Assembly (NCBI GenBank): GCA_002269645.1
Contig: NIVC01003837.1
Coordinates: 1-64,000, forward strand
Origin: Macrostomum lignano
Taxonomy: Eukaryota
Direction of reading: 5' to 3'
Length of the DNA stretch: 64,000 bases
Part shown: positions 35,555-44,949 of the stretch, one piece after another
Layout of the letters: each line of letters begins with the position of its first letter
Numbering within the stretch: position 1 is the stretch's first letter
Notes under the pieces: generated by a model
The model's database searches: none
Told to the model about the DNA's origin: nothing
What the model saw: only the letters and a program-made list of their open reading frames with translations
Translations under genes and position numbers: made by a program

Positions 35555-38410
35555 ATGGACCAATTCGGAAGCTCTGACCAGCCAGGAAGACGAAACGTGC
35601 CCGAAGTCATTCTGCAGGAAGGCACCGCCATTGCCTGCACTAGCCGATGGAATACTGATTACGCAATAGTTGCCAAAGATCTTCACAATTCCGAACTAAT
35701 CAAAACTAATGAAAACCGCCGCGCTCGCTACAAAATCGAAGTCATAACTTATAGATCCGTTACGGCAGCGATTCGACAGTTGTGCGACTTTAACATCTTT
35801 GTCTGGCTAATAAAGCTTTTGCTGACAATCTTCGGCTGTCAACCAGCAGTTGTCGCTCGGAAGACACTCTGGCTGGACACCGAGGGACAGCGCTTGTACA
35901 AGCTGAAATACAATGGCAGTAATGGAGTGGAAGTGCTGCCACCAAATGAGGTGCTGCAACGTGCGATCTCTCGCATTGGCGAACGCAAGTACGATTCCAA
36001 ATGGAACAACGACCAGGACTTCGTTCGCTGGTGCTGCACCAAGCACTGCGACAACCAGAAGTATTTTGAAATTCCAGTCAAGTCAATTGATCAACTGAAA
36101 AGCGTTTTTAACGCAAGTGAAAACGCAAGTAAAAGCGCAAGTGGAAACGCAAGTAAAAACGCAAGTAAAAATGCAAGTGAAAGTAAAAGATATGCACTTA
36201 TTGATGGAAAACTTTTAACTTTTTTGTCCAAGGGCACTGCGCTCAGACACCAGGATAAATCGCATATGGTACTTACTGTAGACAGCTTGTGTAAAGACAC
36301 TTCATGTTGCAGTGGAAACACTTGGTGTTGTTGTAAAAAGACTTCGTGTTGCAGTGAAGACACTTCGTGCTGTTGTAAACGTTATAAGGAATACTTATAC
36401 TTCTTTACGGTTCAGAAAGTCGAAGTAAAACCAGGAACAAGAAATCAAGAAATCAAGAGCTTAGGCCTCTCGGCCGTTTCTCAAGAGACTGCAGAGACTG
36501 CAGAGGCTGCAAAGGCTGCAAAAGAATTCCTCGAATTCCTCGAAGAAAAGACAAAAGAATTGATCGGCAAGTCAATCTGGTTGAATCGTCGTGGAACAGT
36601 TCAGAGTAAAATCGATAGCAAGACCTTCTGCAACTGGCTGCAACAGTCAACAGTTGACACGCTAGATGACATTGAGCTGCTGCCAGGGGCTGGCGACCGT
36701 TGCTGCAGTTGCTGCAGTTGCTGGAGTTCGCTTTGCTGCGGCTCGAAATGCTGTCAACCAGCGACATCCGACGGTCATGAATTTAGAGTCGGTGAACACG
36801 TCGAAGTAAGCCCGGAGCAGGGTACTCCGTACCATATGATTATCACGGAGATTGTTAATCCGAGTACAGATGATTGCGTTTACAAAGGCATAACCTACCG
36901 ATATAAGAAGCCTATAGATAATGATAAAGGGCAACTTAAGCAACCTAAAAAAGGTATGCAACATGAGCAAGATGTGCAACACGAGCAAGATGTGCAACAT
37001 GAGCAAGATGTGCAACATGAGCAAGATGTGCAACATGAGCAAGATGTGCAACACGAGCAAGATGTGCAACATGAGCAAGATGTGCAACACGAGCAAGACG
37101 TGCAACATGAGCAAGATGTGCAACACGAGCAAGACGTGCAACATGATCAAGATGCGCAACACGAGCAAGACGTGCAACATGAGCATGATGTGCAACATGA
37201 GCAAGATGTGCAACATGAGCAAGATGTGCAACATGATCAAGATGTGCAACACGAGCAAGATGTGCAACATGAGCAAGATGTGCAACACGAGCAAGATGTG
37301 CAACATGAGCAAGATGTGCAACACGAGCAAGATGTGCAACATGAGCAAGATGTGCAACACGAGCAAGATGTGCAACATGAGCAAGATGTGCAACACGAGC
37401 AAGATGTGCAACATGAGCAAGATGTGCAACATGAGCAAGATGTGCAACATGAGCAAGATGTGCAACACGAGCAAGATGTGCAACATGAGCAAGATGTGCA
37501 ACACGAGCAAGATGTGCAACATGAGCAAGATGTGCAACATGAGCAAGATGTGCAACATGAGCAAGATGTGCAAAACGAGCAAGGTGTGCAACCTAAGCAA
37601 GATGTGCAAAACGAGCAAGGTGTGCAACCTAAGCAAGTTGAGAAACTCGAAGCAATCGTAACCTTCGACCAGGTTGAGTTGCTTGCGTTTAACGAGGAAC
37701 CCGAAAATTTCATTGACGCGAACAAGCAGATTTCGGGTACAATATCTGCTTGCTGGAATTTCTTTTGGGGCACATTTCGTGTGCTGTCGTTTATCGTGAC
37801 GAATTTTCGGGTATTAAAAATTTTTGCTGTGGCGACGCCGCTTTTCAAACATGATAAATGCACAACTCAGCGCCTTCTGAAGCCTCCGCTGTGTTTTCAT
37901 ATTTTTGATGAAGACTGCAACTGTCCATGGGAGCAGCTCATCATAATAGTCTATGCCAGCATTGTTGGGGTCTGCTTACTCATCTTGATCGGACTGCACT
38001 TCGTCGAAGCCCTGTGCTCAGGATGCTGTCGTCACAGGCCGCTTGAGATTACTCGCAAACGGATGACCTGGAGTTCGATTGAAAGCATAGCTGACTTTCT
38101 GATTATTGTTGGATTGATTTATTTTCAACTTTGGCTCAGACAAGCCTTGAGTGACACATTCAACAACGCAGGTTCATTTCCTATCACGTCCGCTGTCTCC
38201 ATCTGCTTGTTTCTCATCAGAGCGCTGCTGCCAAGATGGATCCGCTGCTGCTGCCCGAGCAAGGATGCGGCTTACTGCTCACACTGCTGCTTCTGCTGCT
38301 GGTGCTCTGGCAGCACCGAATGTTGCGGGGTGGCTGATCACGAAGCCATCATTACCAAAGAAGAGGTCCATTTCAACAGGCAAAATGAACCACCAGCAGC
38401 AAATGCATAG
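35555..38410 (+). CDS. LRAT/NlpC-P60-like tandem-domain, Cys-rich multipass membrane protein, copy B (intact, ~951 aa, with ~37 x QHEQDV insertion)
   Basis: LRAT-type signature EGTAI...TDYAIV...PPNEVLQRAISRIGERKY...NNDQDFVRWC (canonical HxxIY...RA...G..Y...NCEHF). 3-4 hydrophobic helices near the C-terminus and poly-Cys clusters. A splice acceptor TTTGCAG lies just before the ATG, suggesting an upstream non-coding exon (donor GTAAGT ~33509). Confidence 0.75.
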   Translation: MDQFGSSDQPGRRNVPEVILQEGTAIACTSRWNTDYAIVAKDLHNSELIKTNENRRARYKIEVITYRSVTAAIRQLCDFNIFVWLIKLLLTIFGCQPAVVARKTLWLDTEGQRLYKLKYNGSNGVEVLPPNEVLQRAISRIGERKYDSKWNNDQDFVRWCCTKHCDNQKYFEIPVKSIDQLKSVFNASENASKSASGNASKNASKNASESKRYALIDGKLLTFLSKGTALRHQDKSHMVLTVDSLCKDTSCCSGNTWCCCKKTSCCSEDTSCCCKRYKEYLYFFTVQKVEVKPGTRNQEIKSLGLSAVSQETAETAEAAKAAKEFLEFLEEKTKELIGKSIWLNRRGTVQSKIDSKTFCNWLQQSTVDTLDDIELLPGAGDRCCSCCSCWSSLCCGSKCCQPATSDGHEFRVGEHVEVSPEQGTPYHMIITEIVNPSTDDCVYKGITYRYKKPIDNDKGQLKQPKKGMQHEQDVQHEQDVQHEQDVQHEQDVQHEQDVQHEQDVQHEQDVQHEQDVQHEQDVQHEQDVQHDQDAQHEQDVQHEHDVQHEQDVQHEQDVQHDQDVQHEQDVQHEQDVQHEQDVQHEQDVQHEQDVQHEQDVQHEQDVQHEQDVQHEQDVQHEQDVQHEQDVQHEQDVQHEQDVQHEQDVQHEQDVQHEQDVQHEQDVQHEQDVQNEQGVQPKQDVQNEQGVQPKQVEKLEAIVTFDQVELLAFNEEPENFIDANKQISGTISACWNFFWGTFRVLSFIVTNFRVLKIFAVATPLFKHDKCTTQRLLKPPLCFHIFDEDCNCPWEQLIIIVYASIVGVCLLILIGLHFVEALCSGCCRHRPLEITRKRMTWSSIESIADFLIIVGLIYFQLWLRQALSDTFNNAGSFPITSAVSICLFLIRALLPRWIRCCCPSKDAAYCSHCCFCCWCSGSTECCGVADHEAIITKEEVHFNRQNEPPAANA
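36957..37633 (+). repeat. 18-bp in-frame coding repeat (CAACATGAGCAAGATGTG), ~37 units
   Basis: Unit read directly. The paralog has a single unit (GGTATTCAACATGAGCAA). Confidence 0.95.
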
Positions 38411-39248
38411 ATGAGTGAACTGCAGTTTTCTGGGTTTTGAAAATAGAAATAGTTCAGTACCGCCTTTGCATGGTGTGTTACAGAATTTACTTAACCTAGG
38501 AAATGATACGCTCGTATTAATTTTTCAGAGGTGTACTATGACCCGACTTTTTTAACGCTATTCTGTCCCATAGTTCCATAGGTTTACGTGTTGCTTGTGT
38601 GTTTTTCTAAAAATTTTATGTATTTTAAACGTGTTGACTATAAATTTTAACTTTTACATTAAACAATATTTTCATATTTTTGATTGGTACATTATTAACA
38701 TACGAGCTGTCATTGATTTAGAAATGATAAATTCACTAGTTACATGCTAGCTGTTAGATCTTATAGTTTTAGTTACAGTTATCTGTGTTGCTTCAAAAAA
38801 TTCTCGTTAGTAGCTATTTTTTACTCTAATACATTGCCAATGTGTTAATCCCATTTCTTTTCATTAAAATTGACGTATTCGCGCGAACTTCTCTTATAGC
38901 TACATATTAGGTACAGTAGCACATTTTATGCGCTTCCATGAGAAGCGAAGAATAAATTGGAATACTAGAAAAGCTGATTAATTTTTAGGCACTCAGTAAC
39001 ATGAGAGCTCACTCTAAAATATGAGCTGCTGTATTTAAAGTATCGAGTTAGGGAGATCACGAGATGTAAAAAACAATCGCATGAAACCAAGACGACATAT
39101 ACTGATAAAGTCATTGGCTAAAAGCATTTTTTAGAACTGCTATTGGACGGAGCTGCATTTGTAGCTGTTTATAAAGTCTCAATCATACTCAAACCTGCCT
39201 GTAGAAATTTTCCCATTAAGAAATCCCAGCTGTCTTTGAAAAAGAAGG

Positions 39249-39891
39249 ATGAAATATTCGTTAAGCAACTTCCAAGCGTTTCAAGCGCTTTTCGGCACTG
39301 TAATTCAGCTGGCACCTGCAGTGCGGGCTCTGGCGTGTCCGGATCCGTTCAGCCCCGAGGCAGGCAGGTGCGTGTTCGTGAGCACTGCTCAAGATTTCAC
39401 CTGGTGCGAAGCCAACCAGCGGTGCGCTGCAATCCAGGGCGAGCTGCTCAACTCGTACAGCTCGCTGCAGCTGCTGGCTCAAGGCAGCTTTCCCAGCCTC
39501 CGCTGCAGCTGCTGGCTCAAAGGCAGCTTTCCCAGCCTCCGCTGCAGCTGCTGGCTCAAAGGCAGCTTTCCCAGCCTCCGCTGCAGCTGCTGGCTCAAAG
39601 CAACTTTCCCAGCCTCCGCTGCAGCTGTTCCCTGTGGCTTGGAGTCAGCGACTTGGCCGATGAACGGAACACAAGCAAATCAGGCTGGGTGAAGATCAAC
39701 GGCAATGGAATTTTGCCCCTCGATAATGCTTTGTGGGCTTCAAATATGCCATCTAACAATGGGAATCAGGACTGCTTAGTGCAGTCTGAAGGAGAGGCGC
39801 TACTCAAGGATTTAAAGTGTTCAACCCGTCGTGGCTACGCATGCGAGTTTGTTGCCAAAGATGAACTTCAGACTGGGCCGACTGGCTCCGC
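39249..39891 (+). pseudogene. C-type lectin copy 4: near-identical to copy 3 but 3'-truncated (no PAN-like tail), 1-nt frameshift near 39600
   Basis: ~99% identical to 29046-29688. It diverges abruptly after GGGCCGACTGGCTCCG. Confidence 0.75.
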
Positions 39892-40138
39892 TGCGTCTGT
39901 GCCTTCGGGATCTGCCCTCATGAGTGTGAATCGGTCAATTTTTGTGCACAAGCCCCAAACTACAACTATGTGAGTAGTGAACTCGCGTGGGAATCGAACT
40001 AAGGAGTCATGGCGCGAGAGTCAGACATCACCCCTTCTGCCGTGTCACAGTCACATCTGCCCTGGAACTGGTTTAATTGAAGAGTGACTTGAGCAAGCAT
40101 ATTCATTTGCGTACGTACGAAATGAATATTACTAACTC

Positions 40139-40168
40139 GTACTAACCACGGCCAACGTTGCTTAACTT
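40139..40168 (-). other. Isolated 30-nt fragment of 5S rRNA internal control region
   Basis: The reverse complement AAGTTAAGCAACGTTGGCCGTGGTTAGTAC matches the 5S A-box/intermediate-element region. The flanks are not 5S. Confidence 0.6.
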
Positions 40169-41120
40169 TTATCCTATAAACTGTAAAAAAGTTGCAAAAT
40201 TCATACAATTTTTTTAGCTAATCGAGTTTCCGGTATGGAAACAATGCATGTAGATGCATTCTATTCACCATTCACGGAAAACTGCATTTCCCCTGAAAAA
40301 AGTCTTTCATCGATCCAAGCAGCCTACCGGACGCTGACATCCGCACGCTAGATTTCTTTGTCTCTGCAATCGATTCTTGAACAATCAGCAGCATCTCTCC
40401 TTCTTCGCATTTGTTGCAGTCCGGAAAGCCTACCAGGATCCCATGCAGCACACGTCCTCATTCCTCATCCTATGAAAATAGTTGCTACGAGTATACTTCA
40501 CGGCTTCTACATGCCGATTTCGGTAAATTTGTCAGCAATTGTCGCCTCATTTTTACTTTTTTTGTTGGCTGAGTCTTACTTGACTGACTTACCTGACTCA
40601 GCTGCAGGGGGCTCCGTGCATCCGGATGCAGCGAGAGGAGGCGTTGCCGCCCATTCTGCCAACCCCTGGCGACCACGGGCAGCTGGCGATGCGGTGTCGC
40701 GCAGGGAGATCCGGTGCTGCCGGTGTCCGCAGCTCGGTCCCCCTCCAGAGAGTCCAGGAGGTGGCTTGTCGCTAGCCCGGTAGCCCTTAGTCAATTGAGT
40801 CAAGTTTTGTTAAACTGTATCGACTTGATTACTTTTCCCTCTTTGAGTTGATATGAGCCGGGTCTTGCCATATTAATACGATAAAAATGCGCATTTTAAC
40901 TTTCTTAAATTGTGTCCATGCAGAGGAATGCCTTCATAAAAATCTTGAATAAACTACATGTAGGTTTTTAAAGCCTAGCTATTTGCATACCAACATAATG
41001 TAGCTTTTCAATCAGAAACTGGGATTTGGGATTTTGAATTTCGGATATGGGGTTTGGATTTCGGATTTGGAATTTGAGATTTAAGATTTTCAAACAGAGA
41101 CTGGGATTCGGGATTTGCGA

Positions 41121-41490
41121 TTATTTTATTATTTTTTATTAGAGGCAGGGGGGTTGTGTGCACACTGGCGCACTTAAAGCGACATAGGCACACAACCGGC
41201 GAGAGGCATTACTGCCCATTCCGCCGACTCCCCTGAGCAGGCACACAAGCGCGCGGATACGTACGCAGGCACACACTCACACAGGAGTGTACAGCGGCCC
41301 TAACTTTATTTTATCGTTAGGCATGTACACTTCACTGCGCCTTGGGGGGTTGGCTCTCAAGGCCGTTAATTCCACGAGGAGAGCCAAGCCGAGATTCCAA
41401 TTCAGCCCCAAATTGATGTGATTGCACTTGGAATTGAGCCTGGGTCGCTGGCACACCAGAGCAGCTGCGCTACCGCTGGGCTACGGCCCC
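41121..41490 (-). mobile_element. tRNA-derived SINE (~370 bp)
   Basis: Minus-strand head GGGGCCGTAGCCCAGCGGTAGCG (A box)...GGCTCAATTCC (B box-like). It has a GT-rich body and an A-rich tail AATAAAAAAATAATAAAATAA. Confidence 0.75.
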
Positions 41491-41658
41491 CCTCCCTACC
41501 TTGTGCTTCGTGTTAATCAATAATTTTTCTTCAGGGAGCCAAAAAAGCGCCTTCGGCGCCAGAATGAGTGCCTGCGGCGCTAAAATGAGTGCCTGCGGCG
41601 CCAGAATGAGCGCTGACAACACGATTCTCAAACTAAAGTAAAGCCATCAGCTGCATAG

Positions 41659-41815
41659 CGGAGTCCTTGGAAACTGAGGATCCTGATGAGAGTCTGGAAC
41701 GACTCTGAGCACTGGGCCGAGTACTCCAGCTTCTCCGTGGGTCCTGAGTCCGACAACTACCGGCTGAGCGTGTCCGGCCTCTCCGGCAGCGCCGGCATCG
41801 GCGACAGCCTCGCGA
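41659..41815 (+). pseudogene. Fragment of a fibrinogen C-terminal (FReD) domain exon
   Basis: WKLRILMRVWNDSEHWAEYSSFSVGPESDNYRLSVSGLSGSAGIGDSL matches FReD consensus LRI.L..W.....AEY..F.VG.E...YRL.V.GYSG.AGDSL. No continuation (H NG..FST.D.DND) follows, and a MITE fragment lies immediately upstream. Confidence 0.7.
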
Positions 41816-42177
41816 CTCGCGTCGCTGCTGGCCCGCACCGCGCATTTAGACTCGCTTTGGGCTGGCGGAGAACTCGTGGCCTCGTGGTCGGAGAGGCTCT
41901 CGCGGCCCGACTGCCACAGCTGCCCGTGGGCGGTGGCGGCTTCGGTCGCGTGATGCAGCACTGCAGCCAGCAGCAGAGTGAATTGACCTGACCTTTAACT
42001 GTCCGAGGGGGGACGCGCGCCGCCTACGCCTGGTCGGCACAGACGTGGAGCGCCTCCTTTCCGAGCCGGGCCGGGCTCTCTCGCTCCTACGGAGCATGGG
42101 GCGCTGGCCCCGTCTATTTCCGCGCCGCCGCGCCGCTAGACGAGCGCTGAAGAAGAAGAAGAGCGACTTGACGAGCG

Positions 42178-42665
42178 GGTTGGAGCTGCATTTGATCTGA
42201 GTGTGGAATGTCGGGTTGGAGCTGCATTTGATCTGACTGTGGAATGTCGGGTTGGAGCTGCATTTGATCTGAATGTGGAATGTCGGGTTGGAGCTGCATT
42301 TGATCTGAGTGTGGAATGTCGGGTTGGAGCTGCATTTGATCTGACTGTGGAATGTCGGGTTGGAGCTGCATTTGATCTGACTGTGGAATGTCGGGTTGGA
42401 GCTGCATTTGATCTGAATGTGGAATGTCGGGTTGGAGCTGCATTTGATCTGAGTGTGGAATGTCGGGTTGGAGCTGCATTTGATCTGAGTGTGGAATGTC
42501 GGGTGGGTTGGAGCTGCATTTGATCTGAGTGTGGAATGTCGGGTGGGTTGGAGCTGCATTTGATCTGAATGTGGAATGTCGGGTTGGAGCTGCATTTGAT
42601 CTGAGTGTGGAATGTCGGGTTGGAGCTGCATTTGATCTGAATGTGGAATGTCGGGTTGGAGCTGC
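42178..42665. repeat. 36-bp minisatellite (TTGGAGCTGCATTTGATCTGAGTGTGGAATGTCGGG), ~13 units
   Basis: Unit read directly. Confidence 0.95.
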
Positions 42666-42831
42666 ATTTTCTCTGTGTGTGGAGCTCACTGCATGCAGAG
42701 CGGGGCCTCATTCGAAGGCTCCGGGACCGGCTTGGAGTCTGAGGCAGCCCGGAGCTGCGACTGCTGCCCGCAGCGGCCTCTGGCGGCAGGGGCTGCCCAT
42801 GCGGGACGGCTGTTGGACTGGGGCTTGAGAG

Positions 42832-43078
<247 letters not shown>

Positions 43079-43436
43079 GATGCAACTGGGGCCAACCAAT
43101 TCATTTGTCAAAATCACTCTCTAGCAAATCAAAGGGTATAACTGATAACTCCTGACCTCCAGATGTTCAATGAGAAAAGAAAATAATCTCTCTTTTTTTC
43201 ATGAGCCTCTCGACTTCATCAGGCTTCCTCTCCATGCGGAATGCGCAGTGAGCCGGGGCTGCCTGCAGCAACTGCAGCGGCTGCGCACCCCAAGCCAGGG
43301 AGCGCTGGAGATGTGGAAGTGACGTCAAGAGTGGGGCCCAGGCGGACCAGCTCAGGCTGGAAAAACTTTAATATCTGCCTAAGTAAGTCTCGATATTTTT
43401 TAATAGCATCCAGCAATCTGCGCCCTCGTTGGGGCG

Positions 43437-43752
43437 CCCGTCTCCTAGGTAGGCACCCCTGTCTCCTAGGTAGGCACCCCTGTCTCCTAGGTAGGCACCC
43501 CTGTCTCCTAGGTAGGCACCCCTGTCTCCTAGGTAGGCACCCCTGTCTCCTAGGTAGGCACCCCTGTCTCCTAGGTAGGCACCCCTGTCTCCTAGGTAGG
43601 CGACCCTGTCTCCTAGGTAGGCGACCCTGTCTCCTAGGTAGGAGACCCTGTCTGCTAGGTAGGAGACCCTGTCTGCTAGGTAGGCGACCCTGTCTGCTAG
43701 GTAGGCGACCCTGTCTCCTAGGTAGGATACCCTGTCTGCTAGGTAGGAGACC
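43437..43752. repeat. 21-bp minisatellite (CTGTCTCCTAGGTAGGCACCC), ~15 units
   Basis: Unit read directly. Confidence 0.95.
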
Positions 43753-44570
43753 CTATCTATACTATCCGTGGCCTTTTTGCTTAGTCATTTCGCGATAGCA
43801 GCGTAGCATGATACGTCGTAGCTTTAGCACCAAGCAGACAAGAGCAAACAGCTGCTAACTTCTCTGCGTTCTCTGAATCTTTTATTTCTTGCTTGAAATT
43901 CAATTGAGTTATACTTATACAAAAATGCCGACGATCAGTCTTGCGTTCCTGGCTGCGCCAGCAACTACATAAGCGGTGAAAGGTGCACCGTGTGTATACT
44001 TTTCCGGAAGTCGAAGTCGTAGTCGAAAAATTAAATTCGCACTGCTTCAACATTTATTTTTGCGGCATGAACTGGCAAGCAATACTATTATGCTTAATTT
44101 AATTATTAAGGCAAATAAGGCGAATTATAAGGCGAATTTAATTTTTTGACTACGACTTTCGACGTCGGCCCGACGTCCGACCAATAGGAAACACGTAATG
44201 TTACATAGACGTCGTACGACGTCGGTCAGAGGTCGGTGCGACGTCGGCCGACGTCGGATTGTTGTACGGGATTAAACTTTAATTTCTATTAATTTATTAT
44301 ACACATCGCTTCACAAGCAAAAAGGCCACTAAAACGATAGACATATACATTCAAAGCGGCCTTTTTAGAATTCTGCCAATATTTGCAAGTGCAACATCCT
44401 GTGTTGCTTATAGTATAGTATTCCATGGAAATTTACTGGAGGGGAAAGCTACAGAGAGCAATCAAAAGTAATAGGGAAAACACGTTGCAGAAAACCTATT
44501 ATTATCCTGTTAGTCCGTTAGTCCGACGTTCCGAATGAATAGACCATTCGTGGTGGCCGATTAACGCTTT

Positions 44571-44931
44571 GGGGGGGGGGTTCACAAACTCGAAATTTCA
44601 CGTCGAAAGCACCTCTTTCACAAGGTCGAAAACTCAAATAGCAGCCACTTTCACAAGGTCGAAACTTCACAAGGTCGAAATTTTACAGCATCGAAAACTT
44701 TAGCAAGGCACTTCATAAGGTCGAATTTCACAAGGTCTAAATTTCACAACGTAAAAACAACTGCATGGTTCTTGTTATACTAAGTTTTCGATTGACGTTG
44801 TGAAATTTCGACCTTATGAAGCCCCTTGCTAAAGTTTTCGATGTTGTGAAATTTCGACCTTGTGAAGTTTCGATCCTGTGAAATAATTTACTTCTCGACG
44901 TTGTGAAATTTCAACCTTATGAAAGCACCCC
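44571..44931. mobile_element. Foldback-type (Mutator-like) MITE with subterminal TTCACAAGGTCGAAA repeats
   Basis: Left-arm repeats are inverted in the right arm. Flanks TTAACGCTT / TTCACGCTG resemble a decayed 9-bp TSD. Related to 51913-52138. Confidence 0.7.
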
Positions 44932-44949
44932 TTCACGCTGGCCAGATTT

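Noticed and set aside
40139-40168. 5S rRNA gene
   Set aside because: Only ~30 of ~120 nt match; no 5' or 3' portions.
41425-41490. tRNA-like sequences (also 4692-4760 and a B-box fragment near 32075)
   Set aside because: They continue into SINE bodies and tails and lack a complete cloverleaf/acceptor stem; treated as SINE heads, not tRNA genes.
44145-44275. Cluster of CGACGTCG palindromes resembling one arm of a non-autonomous DNA transposon; similarly GCGAGTTTTCCC repeats at 835-905
   Set aside because: No partner terminus or TSD found in the window, so boundaries cannot be supported.
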